A DNA stretch of 60,860 bases, filler included, from Dimargaris cristalligena (GCA_003614675.1; 11 parts of 11 records of this genome joined end to end with filler, not necessarily neighbours in it); one strand, 5' to 3'; positions 1 through 11,770 are shown, numbered from the whole stretch's first letter. Made by a program: numbers and translations. Notes: generated by a model from the letters alone, not told the origin.

Positions 1-1
1 G

Positions 2-3000
2 CTCTCCGCTTGGCGGTGCGCTCTCACTGAGGGAGTCAGGTGACCACTCTAGTTCAGGGGGACCGATTCCCTCTGATGGTGGCAGAAAACCCTCGGGCAG
101 TTGCTCGTCACTTATCGAGTTAGCTCTTTGTCGCAGATGGGGAAATGCGGTCAATGTGGGACTACCACAGTCCTTTCTGCGCTTTGGATTTGTATTGTTG
201 CTGTTCGGTGAGCCGGGGGGTGAAGTGGCAGTGCGTTTGGCAGCTTCTCCCCTTTGTGGTGTAGGGAGCTCAGTCATCGGCTCTTCTCCTATGGGGTTGG
301 AGGGTGGAATTTCTCGAGTGTTGGTCTCCCTTTCCTGTTCCTGTTGGTCCTCTGGGGTGTGCGGGTCCATGGGTGTTGGATATGGGCTCGTTGGGGGGTA
401 GACGTCTGATTCCTCCCTACGATTTTCTATTGACTCGGCCATGTTGGACAAAGGTTCCTCAGTGGCCAGGCTAGCTTCAGATTCCCCCCACGTCATCGGT
501 CTGTCCTCTGTTTCGGAGATGTAATAGGGTAGTAGTCTATCACCATGAATGGTACCTGTACGGGGAGTGCCATCCAGTTCTGCCAGTCGATACACTACTC
601 CTGCCCTTTCCACTACTCGGAATGGTCCCGCTCTTCTCTCTATCTGTTGGCTTAGATTCGATGGCTTCGGCACTATTTTCACTGTCACAAGTGCTCCTTC
701 AGTGTGGCGTTTCCGGGTTACATTTTCATTCGCCCTTTCCATTGCCCTACGCCTGATCTTCCTTCTTCTTTCCTCGGCCTGAGCTATGACCCAGTTTGCG
801 ATCCCATTTAGGTTGTCTTCATCGTCAACGTGTACTAACCATCGTGCCTCGTCAGTGATCACTCGAGCCCCCCGAAGCATACCCCATGGGGTGAGTCCCG
901 TGTCTGGGTCTGGCAGTAGCGCATGGGCCGTTGTTATTTGTGGTATGTATTTAACCCACCCTGATTGTGACCCATGTTCACTTATACACTTTCGAAGAGA
1001 CTGTTTGAATAATCCAACGTACCTTTCAGCAAGCTCGGCAATCGGTCGGTATTTGGAGGACCGGATATGTTGAATGGAGTGTGTCTTTAAGTATTCTTCG
1101 AAGGGATCCGAGATGAACTGAGGTCCATTATCACTGGATAGACACACCGGCTTGCCGAAGACCCTAACCCAGTTATTTTGTATTGCCTCCACTATATCCT
1201 TACCTGTTGTTTGCAACATGGGTACCACCTGGTAGAATCGGCTGTTTGCATCCGCGATAACCAAGAACTGTGTCTCTTCGTCCACCCCAATGGTTCCGAT
1301 ATACCCGAGGTCAATGTATATATGTTCTCCAGGATGCCGTCGGTCTGAGGTTGTTGATCGAGGTGTACTGCGTGTGGTAGCTATGGCATTAATCTGACAT
1401 GTGTGGCATGCCCGGGTGTAGTTGTCGATCTCTGTCCTTAGGTTTAGATGGGCTAGCCTAGTGCGAATGAATGCATGTAGCCGGTCCCGGCCAGGGTGAC
1501 AAAGGTCATGGTGCCAAGTTTTGACCATTTCCTTCATCTTTAAGGTAGGGGCTAGGGGCACCCAAATGCCCATTGTTCCGGCCATAGAACGACGTTCGGT
1601 TATCCCCAATAAACCATCTTGGAAACTCATGCGATGTACCTCAGTATATAATTGGTCATCCTTCCCAATCTCTACATCACGACGCTGACATAATTGTACC
1701 CATTGACTAATTTGTTTGTCTGCGTTTTGTTCTGCGGGGGTGAGTGACCACCCATATGCTGATGGTAGGGTGGCCCTCATAGTTGTTTCTCCCGGCACTC
1801 GCGCATGTGGGGGTTGTTCAGTCTCCTCTTCTTCATCTGAGGATAATAAGAGGTCAATCGTTTCCCCATCATCAGTATCTTCTTCCGTTGAGTCGCTATT
1901 GATATCCCGGGTTTCCAACTCGCCACTGGTACTATTGAGCTCGAACTCGTCATCGGTACTATCAAACTCGGACTCGTCATCGGTGCTGTCAGATTCAGAT
2001 CTGCCGCTGGTATTACTACGTGATGGTCCCTCTGGTTGCGCGGTAAGTTGCCTATGGTCCCTATGTTGGCCATGGTGTTGTTCATAGGCAGCGATTATAG
2101 TCCCGGTGGATTTCTTAGGTTTCCTTGGTCGCTGGCGTTCCTTTGCTCTAGATAGCCAGTCTGCCGTCAGATGGGTATCTCCGGGGCGGTGGTGGATCAT
2201 ATGAGCATGGATTCCCATTTTAGCCAATTCAGCCCGGAAGCCACCTAGTTCGTCTGCTTGACAGGTGTCTTTGTGGTTGAATAAACCCAATGCTGTAGTT
2301 GCGTCAACCTCAATCCGTAGGTTTACTGCACCATCAAGATAGGCATAGAAGTGCCGTACTGCCCGAACTAATCCCCAAGCTTCACGAAATCCTGGATGCC
2401 GTCGCCCCTGCTGGTTATCAAATGCTTTGCTGTAATATGCAATTACCCGGTCCTTATTGATGTTTTCTATGTCATGCGCTACTAATACTGCCCCAACCCC
2501 TGCCTCGGCTGCATCAACCCGGAGAGTGATGGGTTCAAAAGGTGTTGGCTCGTAAAGGTCTTTGGTATCCATTAGTGCCTGCTTTAGGTCCTCCCAGTAC
2601 GGTTTGAGTTCAGCTAAATCGGTCTTCGCTAGTCGGGTTTTTCCAGTGAGCGCATAGAATGGCGCCAGTAATGCTGCTGCCCAAGGTAAGTGTGCCGAGA
2701 TTGCATTTATCCCCCCAGTAAGTCGCTGGATTGCTTTTACAGTTTGTGGCATAGGGAAATCCAGGAGGTCTCGGATTCGGTGGTCGGGGATGGCCCATAT
2801 TCCGCCTTTTGTCCAACGATATCCTAGGATGTCGATGTTCTCAGTGCCCATAAACTCACTTTTAGGCATGTTTATGGTGAGACCCCACTGTGCTAGTGTC
2901 TGTACTAACTCGCCGATTTGGATTATGTGTTCATCCTTACATCCAGTTGTACTCTTAAGATATATATTATCTATATAGCACAATAGGAGGCCTCGTAGGC

Positions 3001-4243
3001 TTGTGATAGATCCGAGTACATGTTCCAGCACTGCTTGGGCTATGGCGGGACTTTGGCTGTTGCCTTGGACTAGCCGGGTCGACCTTACTTTCCCATGCCT
3101 TCCTCCATCGAATGTCCAGAAATCGCGGACTTCAGGTTTGATGCGAATCTGCGTAAAGTAGGATGCTAAGTCGATACTGGTGATCATTTGGGCATCTGAA
3201 ACAAAGGCCCGTACCTCAAGTAGCTTAGGTAGGCGCATGCCCAGGGAATACATATTAATGGTACTCCCCAGGCTATCATCCAAGATTACCCGGCGTGCAT
3301 CAGTATTTGGTTTAGGTAGGCTATATACTGGTAAGTTTGCATGGGCCTGGCCCGGCTCGTCGATGCCATATTTTAGACGGTTTTTGATGTAGCCATCCAT
3401 GAACTCTCGATCTGCCTTACTGCGGGGTGCCTGGGGTACAAAGAGGAGACGTGCTTCCTCACGCAGTGGGGGGCTTAGTGGTTTGAGGAGGCAGGGAGGT
3501 GGGCAGCTGGGGGGATATTCCCTGAGTGCCTTTGCTCCCTGTATTAGCTGGTCTAATAGTGTATCCCTATCGCCAACCTCCTTTGTTTGGACCCTTAACC
3601 GTTCATCCACACTAGTGCGGGTTGGTACTGGGTATTGCTCATCGGCCATACGGAATTCCTTATCATCTTGGGGATTGATTCGGATAAACGTTTCGGCTGG
3701 TAGGCCCTGGAGCCAACGGGCTTCTTTCTGGGGTAGCCCTGTGGGGGGTTGCCCTAACTCAGAATTAGCCTCAATTAGCGGTGTGGGTAATGGTGTGGGG
3801 TCTGGAATCAGATGGTGTTGGGCGAGTACTAGACCAAGATTATCAAGGTCCTGCCGTCCAACTAACATTTCGATGTCAGATTCTACAGATACCACGGTAA
3901 GTTTAATCCAGCGGTGCCGGGTGGATTCCTCTGTTCTGAATAACCCCCTGGTGACCCCATAGGTAGTGAGCCGGTTGGTTTCGCCAAATGCACATAAGTG
4001 GGGGTGCTGGGTCTGGTCTATTCTGAGCATGAGTCGCTTGGCCGCCTTGTATGTGATGATACTGGTGGCAGCACCCTGGTCAGCGGCTGCTAGTACTGAT
4101 TGTTTTCCAATTGTCGCTCCTCGCAACAGTCTCCAATGGGGGCTGATAATTTCGGTGGTGTCAAGATGGGGGTTCACTGCTAGTTTATTTGAGTTAACCG
4201 CTGCTAATTCGCACTTTCTCTTCACCACCTCTATTCTTTTCCC
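2..4243 (-). CDS. pol: Pol polyprotein (protease, RT, RNase H, integrase), probably made by -1 frameshift from gag
   Basis: Absent from the ORF track because the frame runs off the left edge; the track lists no terminated ORF in this frame. Motifs: AAADQGAATSII (PR); SIDLASYFTQI...LVQGNSQSP...CYIDNIY (RT); LRVDAAEAGVGAVL...REAWGL...ADWLSR (RNase H); HHDLCH...CHTC, SDNGPQF, LAERYV, GPFRV (integrase). Read through the terminal overlap, it ends at TAA 5353-5355. Confidence 0.9.
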
Positions 4244-5070
4244 GGCTTCGTGAGTTCTTCCAACTTGGCCTTAAGTTCCAGAATCTCTTGACGTTGACGA
4301 TTTCTACGGCGCTTGGCTTTGCTAGGTCCTGTCCCTACAGTGTTTCCGGTGGTCGCTTGGGTAGTTGGGGCCTTTCCCCATGATGAGGTTAGGTGTCTGG
4401 TGGGTTCCTGGCGGTGGTGCCCTCCTGATGCGTTTCGTAGGCTGGCCTCTCGTCCTTGGAATTCTAGCACCTGTACCTCGATCTCGTCAAGTCGGTTGCA
4501 CATTCCCTCATAGGTGAGGTCCTCAAATTTCCAGAAGTAGTTTGGGGCTAGAGAGAGGTAGGCCTTAAACTCAGCTAGTAGGGCTGCAGTTATCTGAGTA
4601 CACCACATATTGACCTTTCCGAGGTGTGTGCCTGCTTCCTTGGCCCGGGCTTTTGCTGCATGAATATCCATTCCCTTGAAGAGGGTTCGATTGTGCAAGG
4701 CTTCTGAGAAGTAGTTTGCCCATAGTTGGTTTGGGTATCGGTCCTTCATGTAGCGATAGAAGTCCGGGCCTTTCTCAATCCGGGATCGGAAGAGGTTCAT
4801 TTTGATTTCAGGATGGAGGAGAGTCATGGTGATCCGGTAGCGGGTGGCATCTTGAGAGTTTGGGAGGAGATCCTCAATAAGGCTGTTCACTGCCGATCTC
4901 CAGTGTTCCCAGGTGGGGCCATCTGGTTGTCCATCGAACACGGGGGTCAGTTGACGGATCTCATCAATGATGTTATTACCCATGGGGGTAGACAGGGGAG
5001 CTGGAACAATGGGAGAGATGGGGGCACTGGGAGTGTCGGGGGTGTCAGGACAATCACGGGTTTTGCTCAT
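4231..5070 (-). CDS. gag: Gag-like capsid protein, 279 aa
   Basis: ORF directly upstream of pol. Contains a PVFDG...WEHW gag-like N-terminal motif and a basic C-terminal patch KAKRRRNRQRQ. No CCHC knuckle seen. Confidence 0.85.
   Translation of the reverse strand: MSKTRDCPDTPDTPSAPISPIVPAPLSTPMGNNIIDEIRQLTPVFDGQPDGPTWEHWRSAVNSLIEDLLPNSQDATRYRITMTLLHPEIKMNLFRSRIEKGPDFYRYMKDRYPNQLWANYFSEALHNRTLFKGMDIHAAKARAKEAGTHLGKVNMWCTQITAALLAEFKAYLSLAPNYFWKFEDLTYEGMCNRLDEIEVQVLEFQGREASLRNASGGHHRQEPTRHLTSSWGKAPTTQATTGNTVGTGPSKAKRRRNRQRQEILELKAKLEELTKPGKE
4237..4243 (-). promoter_or_regulatory. -1 ribosomal frameshift slippery heptamer G GGA AAA
   Basis: X XXY YYZ heptamer in the gag frame just before the gag TAG. 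The -1 frame is the open pol frame. Confidence 0.8.
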
Positions 5071-5077
5071 TATTTAC

Positions 5078-5192
5078 GGTTGGATGGATGGGTGGATTGG
5101 TAGATGGATGGATTGGTGGATTGGCAGGTGGTTGGGTAGATGGATGGGTAGCTGGGATGATTGACAGGTGACTGGGTGGATGGATGGGTGAG
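5078..5192 (-). repeat. Degenerate (CCAT/CCAC/CCAA)n tract in the gag leader
   Basis: GGAT/GGGT/GGTT tetramer runs on the + strand. Confidence 0.8.
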
Positions 5193-5210
5193 TGTAATTT
5201 ATTTAAAAGA

Positions 5211-5317
5211 TGTTCTAATAAAAAGTTTGTTACGTTTGGTCGTGGTGGACTAGTATTTAGGGGAGCCGAGTAGGACGTAGGGTTTTTTAAGATATATATA
5301 GTTATTTTATTAGAACA
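5211..5317 (-). repeat. Putative single 107-bp LTR
   Basis: TG...CA ends with a perfect 13-bp inverted repeat (TGTTCTAATAAAA / TTTTATTAGAACA) and an internal TATATATA. It lies in the only non-coding gap, between the pol stop and the gag start. Confidence 0.7.
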
Positions 5318-5483
5318 TAAAGAACCCACGTTATAGCGAGCTAATCCCTATTTTATACTCTGGGCACATTAGTATTGATGGTAAGTCTTGTAACTGTTCG
5401 CTCTCCGCTTGGCGGTGCGCTCTCACTGAGGGAGTCAGGTGACCACTCTAGTTCAGGGGGACCGATTCCCTCTGATGGTGGCA

Positions 5484-5583
5484 NNNNNNNNNNNNNNNNN
5501 NNNNNNNNNNNNNNNNNNNNNNNNNNNTTAATTAATTAANNNNNNNNNNNNNNNNNNNNNNNNNNNNNNNNNNNNNNNNNNNN
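5484..5583. other. Artificial contig linker (first of 10; others near 11062, 16629, 22195, 27757, 33315, 38864, 44402, 49934, 55460)
   Basis: N runs around TTAATTAATTAA, which has stops in all frames. Contig lengths decrease monotonically. Confidence 0.99.
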
Positions 5584-5665
5584 ACTCGTCAGGGGCATAC
5601 TTCCGATAAGTGCGAAAAATAGATAAAAAATAAAAGTAGGTAAAAAATGTGGTAAGTTCACCACA
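5584..5665 (-). repeat. Dispersed repeat family 1, LTR-like terminus TGTGGTGAAC
   Basis: Identical over 76 bp to 17501-17576. A diverged inverted copy lies at 27576-27657. Confidence 0.85.
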
Positions 5666-7720
5666 ATTCTTACTAGCTAGCCTCATCTAGTTTTACTAAT
5701 TGTTATTGTTAACATCTATTTTCTGCCATATATTTTATGCATGTGCAGGCCAATATTTGTTTAGTGTAGACTTTTGTATTATTTATTGAGCTTAATAAGT
5801 AACACCAATAAGTACTAAAATGGCAGTGGCATCCATTAATGTAACCAGGCATATGTAGTGGATAGTTTGATGTCTTATTCTATTAAGGGTTGAAAATAGT
5901 ACAGTAGCTAGCTAATACTTTAGCCTAATCTGCAGGAACTATTGCTGGTGTGAATATATAAATTAAGTCTATCAACAAAATGGATTCCAAGCTATAACTG
6001 TCCATTTGGTCAATAACATGGCTAGTGTAATGACTTGCATGGTGAAATAATTTACCTACCATTGACTATTATTACAACCAAGAACCTCCACTCCCTCTAA
6101 TTCTGAGATATTATCTCTTTTAGTGTGTCTATACAATATACCAGCTTTATAATATTAACCTATTTATTCCTATTGACACAACAGATCCATAATATATTTT
6201 TACTTTTTTTTTCAGTTTAAAACTGTAGTCATATGGAAATAATTAGGAAAGTGTCTTCACCATTCTGAGGTTCCTTACCATTATATCCATGGCAGAGTAG
6301 CCCAGGGAATGGGGGTGGTAGGCTGTGATTCCCACCAGGAAGAATGAATAATTCAATATTAAATACCAGCTATAATAAATATAACTTTAAAGGGAAATCT
6401 GGGCATATTTAGTCCTAGATGACCATGTCTGTGGTGTTTGGGGATACAGACTACACTAATAAGTGGAATATACCAATAGTGCACTAATGGTGTAGGGGGC
6501 TGGCTAAGAAGTCTTTTAATAGAATACTAGTTTATAATATACTGGCAAAACACAGGTTTAGCCAAGGAGATCCACATTAATGGGCTTCTTATTAGGGCTA
6601 TCTAAGAGTAGCCTGGTTAGTTGGACTTGACCATAATCTGGTAGGCAAAAATAGTATCATTGTACTAGCCAAGTTTCCAATGAAGAGATGGTATTGGGTA
6701 CTGTAAAGATCCAAATAATTAGAAAGGCTAACCAGTATAGAAAAGCAGGAAAGGTACTTCTATATGTGTTAAAATTCACCCATATGGTAGTCAGAGGTAT
6801 TTAATAATCTGGTGGTAGTACCTTATAAATCATTATAATAATTGTAACCCTTACTAACTACACTTAACTAGGCCAGGTTAGCTTGTAACTATATTTAGTC
6901 TTATTGTACTATATTACCTTTTCCATGGCTAAACCTAGTACCATGGGATAATCCAATATTATTATATATTTTTTCCAGCCCTGGACCCTATCCTCCCCAT
7001 TAATTACTCTAGTAAGGATCAAAAGGCTTATTTAATTACTATCAGAGTCTTCCAGATACCAGTGGTCCCTGGTTGGCCTATTTACCTATCCCTTAGCCTT
7101 AGCAGTACTCTCAGGGTGCACCCTCTAGAGATACCCCCATATACATATACAATAGGACCCTATTAGGACCTGTTAGTACTTTAGCTAATTCTTACACCTT
7201 ATGTATCTAATAAATACTATATATATGTATCCCCCTATACTTACTAGGAATTATATATCTCTCTATATTCCCTATATGCTTATACTCTTGACTTCCTTTA
7301 GTCAGTTACCCCCTCCTTATTCCTGATTCAAGTACTCTGTATGGACTAACCTATATCACCACTATTGTTGGAAACCTATTCCCTGGACTCTTAATAGACT
7401 AACAGTGGGAATACTAGTTAACATAGCCTAAGGATTACTCATATTTAGGGCTAATATGGGATAATCCCCCTGGGTCTCATAGAGATAGCATTAGTTAAAA
7501 GCCATTGTTGTTATGGCAGGACCCACTTAAACCTTAAACTCATAGTCTGGCTCAATTACTTTAGTTTTGGAAAAGGTGAAAGTCATATTTACCCTTCCAC
7601 CCAGACTGTAGTACTCTGGTAGCCTTCCTTATTCTTGCCTGTGTTCTTAGTTATATTCATTATTAAAAACTGACCATAGGGTATCCTGGCATGATAGTGG
7701 CACTTGCCCCCACCCATTGA
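5666..7720. mobile_element. Heavily decayed transposon relic, possibly LTR gag-pol
   Basis: About 2 kb, AT-rich, almost devoid of CpG, TpA-rich, with no ORF. Faint protease-like YPMVLG on the minus strand. Confidence 0.45.
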
Positions 7721-9128
7721 CAATATGGGCCTTGAACACCAGTAGGGCACTGTTATGTTTATGTTATATTCTATTAATCAATTTTTCAATTAATGCCCAA
7801 CACGGATTCCCTCAATTAAGGCAAGCAATTTTACAACATCCGATTTTACTATTAATTTTTCTCCAATACCTGGTGCATGCTGTCCACGTCACCATTTATC
7901 CCAGGTCCATTCATTGTGCCCTGTCCGCCATGTCCCAGAAGGATCCAAGGGTGATCCTTAGTTGCCTAAGCCATCCCTGTCAAAAGTCCAGATAAGAATC
8001 GTCCCCACTGAGTGCGAGAGCTTTGTCTCGAGATATTAGGTTACTGCCAGGATGGCAGTGCTCCAACCGGTGCCAATTGAAAGTATTCAGTTTTTATTTT
8101 AGTGTGGCATTTAGTTCTGCCACAGCAATAGTATATATATATATATCATTATCTTAATAGACCAAATGACTATCAAAGGCCAAACTTGGCTCATTGAAGT
8201 GACAGGTAAAGTACGAGAGGATGGCATAAAGGTGGCTATATCCATCATTGTTATGAAAGTCCGATATACAAACCAAGGACTCCCATACACGCAACATGTT
8301 TATACATCATTACCCCCCACCATCGAAATGGGGGAGAAAGGGATACTGAAGGCGTCTATGTTCAAGGGTAGCAGAGTTGCGACCGGGGTGTACGTAAAAA
8401 AGAAAATTAGTTGGCTCAAACATAATAGTAAGCTGACCCTAATTTCAAAAATAAGAAGCAAAAGGAGGAGAACGGGAAAAAATACAACAGCACAATTACT
8501 AAGCAGGTGTACCGGCCTTCCGTCCGAAGGAATGGCTCCACACAGCTGCTGAAATTGGCCCTGATTGCTATACAATTTCCATAGGGTGAAGGGGAAAGAG
8601 GGAAATAATATAACTGAGCAAGATAAAAATCGGACAGTAAGACTGTACTTTCGCAAACAGGGGAGAGGAGATTAGGGCACCACTACGGACCGCGTCAACA
8701 TATATGTTCCAACGAGACCGTTTAGAAGCCAACCTCCTCTACTATTTTTGATATCCGTGGCCAGCAGCAACCCGGCCTCCCTCTCTACTCCGCAATAAGG
8801 AATAAATGCAATAATGCCATACTTAGCAGGGCTAAAGGGAAATAGAAAGAGAAAGGAGGGGTGAGGCTCGCACCGACCACGAATTAATTTGAGACATTTT
8901 CTTAATCCAAACCCAAGAGGTATGGTTGCGAAAGGGAGAGCTGATTGAGTTAAATGGCATAGGATATGTATTGTATGTATAACAAAGTCGTGGAAATCGG
9001 GGTTTCGGGATCGAATAATAAATGGGAAAGAAAAATCCAATAGTAATAGAAATAGAAAAGGGTGGTATATTGGATAAAGGTTATCGGGCCGAAAAGGGAG
9101 GTGAAGGCGATGTACTACAATCTACCCT

Positions 9129-11061
9129 CTACTTAGCCCCTCGGCCACGACGTGGGCGAGCAATTTTCCGGCTCGCTATACCCGAGACACTCGAGCCACC
9201 AGTATCAGCCCCAGCCCCCACGGTAAAGTGGATCCCCGAACCGGGGTTGGAAGCTCCGAATAGCGGGACAGAGGCCGTTGACGAGGCCCCAAACGTGAAG
9301 GAGTTGCCTGCACCAGCACCTATACCCGGCGTTCCAGGCTGGGACGGGGGATTGGGCTGAGCCCCCATGGTTGAGGCGCCAAAATGGAACGAGCCACTAC
9401 CCCCGAAGACGGACGACGGAGTAGAGGAGCCACCATTAACTAGGCTAGGTGGTGCCGCTGCCGTAAAGTTGAACCCGCCACTTGGGGTGGAGGGAGTCCC
9501 TGGACGACTGTTGGCCCCAGCGCCAAAGACCGACGACGCACCAAATCCACCGGCTGGGACCCCATTGGCTGCGGCACTATTCGACATTCCGCTAGCACCA
9601 AACATAGGGATAGTGGAACTACTGGCCCCAGCGCCGAAGACTGGAGTAGTTGGTGCAGCAGCACCATTGTTGGCCGCCGCACCAAACATACTCGGCGAAC
9701 TGTTGGCCCCGAAGCTAGGCTTAGCACCGAAACTAAACATGGGCGGAGGCTGGTTGGTGGTACTCTGGGCGACGGGGAACGTGGGAGCAGCTGCGGGTGA
9801 TGCAGCCATAGCATCGGTACTCATATCGCTGTCCTGCGCACTTGAACTTTGGTCGGCGGCAATGGGGGTAGGGGTACTGCCGAACCCTCCAAAAGAGGAC
9901 GCTGAGCCCAAGTTAGTAGTAGTAGTGGAGGTGGAGGCACCCCCGAAACTTAGCTTCGGTGTTGACGAGGGCGCTGCCCCAAATGAGAATGTAGGGGTAG
10001 TCGCCGGGGGGTTGCCCGTGGATGTCACGGCGGGAATCGCCGGAGGGGCCAGCGAGGTTGAACTACCGAAGCTAAAGATCGCAGGTGCAGCCGATGGTTT
10101 ACTAAAGGCTGAGATGGCCGATAGGCCGCCACTGGTGGTAAGGGACGGGGTAGCAGCAGGTGTCGCCCCGAAGGACGGGACTACCGGCGCTACACTTGAA
10201 GAAACTAGGGTAGATGACGGCGACTGTGATGCAAAACCAAAGCCGCTCGCAACAGCGGGGGATGTGCCGGTGGCTTGCTGAGTGGCTACACCACCAAACG
10301 AGAAGGTCGGCTTAGTGGTGGGCTCTTCGGCCTTGGACGACGGAACAAAACCAAACAGGCTGTTGGGTGTGGCTGCCTTGTCTGCGGTGGAAACTACACT
10401 CGGCTTGGCAAACGCATCCCCAACAGCAAAGGCAGGCGTAGTAGTCGGCTGGGCCACACTACTACCACTGAAGTTAAAGGCAGACGCGGAGGTCGACGTA
10501 GGTAAAGCGGGGGTCGTCTCCGCTGGTTTGGGTATAGCCGTTGTTATTTCCGCGGTAGTTGATGATGGGGCACTACTACCACTGTTATCTTCGGAAGCTT
10601 TGGCGGGTGTAGCGGAGGGAAATCCAAAGAGAGGCGCTGACCCACTGCTAGCGACAGGGGCCGCACCAAAGGATGGGGCCCCAAAGGTACCACTAGGTGT
10701 AGCACCGAAGGACAATTTCTGGGCCCCAAAAGCAGGGATACTGGAAGTAGATGCCGTCGGTGTTTCTTCGGCCGACTTCTCTTTCGCCGCATCTTGGGAA
10801 AGTTTATTCGCCAAAGAACTGAACCCAAAGGTGGGGGTGGGGACAGGGCCACCGAAGGAGAAGGCGGGTTTGCTGGTCTCCGTCTTCGTAGGCGGGGAAG
10901 CAGCTGGTGAAAGCGTGCCCTTGGCGGTACCAGGAAGAGCCGGGACCTTGAATCCCGTGAAACTCGACGCCGCAGCAGTAGAGGCGCCATCGGACGAAGT
11001 GGGCTTGTCCGTCGTTCCGGAGGTGCTTGCACCGAAACCACCGAAGCGGGGGGGGGAAATA
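9129..11061 (-). CDS. FG-repeat nucleoporin, Nup1/Nup153-like, 5'-partial
   Basis: Many FSFG/PxFG repeats and the characteristic basic tail RKIARPRRGRGAK. The reading frame extends upstream towards the contig edge. Confidence 0.85.
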
Positions 11062-11161
11062 NNNNNNNNNNNNNNNNNNNNNNNNNNNNNNNNNNNNNNN
11101 NNNNNTTAATTAATTAANNNNNNNNNNNNNNNNNNNNNNNNNNNNNNNNNNNNNNNNNNNN

Positions 11162-11293
11162 TATTTTTAACTAGTAATATTGGCCGAATCTAATGGATTT
11201 TTCGTTATACAGCTTGGATGAACTTCTCCCATATTATCCCATACACATATTGTGTAAAATCTTATACAGTTGGGTTGAAGTTCACCCATATTG
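11162..11293. repeat. Two partial copies of the ~150-bp MITE-like family
   Basis: 11162-11234 matches 11698-11768. 11236-11293 matches the reverse complement of 11622-11680. Confidence 0.75.
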
Positions 11294-11621
11294 TAACAGC
11301 CAGCACGACAGGAGGTAGAGGATCCTGCTTTTAACAGGTTCGCATTAGTTAAGGGCAGCATGGCTAAGTTTTATAAGCTACGCAAAAAGACCCGGCGAGA
11401 CTACTTGGGACGCTCCTATTTAGGTCCCTATGCCCTTATGTATTTTGATGATCATAGGCAGCGCACTTTGAAATAACAACAGGGGCCAGCCTTTTGAAGA
11501 AAATATCCTCTTACTCATCCAGAACTACTTATTTCTGACGCTTAACACTACTACTGTAGAGCGTATTCCCGGCTTTGAATCGGGTATCGGCCCTCTTTAA
11601 TTCGGTTGTATAATAATTTTC

Positions 11622-11770
11622 ACAATATGGAAGAAATTCAAACCAGCTGTATAAGGTTGTACATAATATATGTATAGGTGAATATATGTGAGAATATCTT
11701 TTAACCAGTAATATTGGCCTCATCCAATGGATTTTTCGTTATACAGCCTGAATGAACTTCTCCCATATGT
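11622..11770. mobile_element. ~150-bp MITE-like element with ~30-bp imperfect TIRs
   Basis: Left end TATGGAAGAAATTCAAACCAGCTGTATAA; right end TTATACAGCCTGAATGAACTTCTCCCATA. Related ends occur at 15046-15075, 22123-22194, 41603-41631, 46920-46948 and 50734-50762. Confidence 0.7.

Larger units (their letters stand above)
1..5483 (-). mobile_element. Ty3/Gypsy-type LTR retrotransposon, complete, circularly permuted contig (unit 5399 bp)
   Basis: Gag followed by PR-RT-RNaseH-IN on the minus strand. Positions 1-84 are repeated exactly at 5400-5483. Only one LTR-like segment is present (5211-5317). Confidence 0.93.

Noticed and set aside
5484..5583. Regularly spaced TTAATTAATTAA motif
   Set aside because: Artificial linker between contigs; the ~5.5-kb periodicity reflects size sorting.
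8044..8058. CTGCCAGGATGGCAG mini-palindrome, echoed near 22585
   Set aside because: Only 14 bp shared with unrelated flanks; could be chance.
9367..11109. Long + strand ORFs of 304 and 275 aa
   Set aside because: Antisense shadows of the nucleoporin. The same applies to shadows over TOR, CDC4, AKR1, HEM3 and the ATPase.
11162..11770. ~30-bp repeats with spacers, superficially CRISPR-like
   Set aside because: Mixed orientation, degenerate copies, non-unique spacers, no cas genes and a eukaryotic context.
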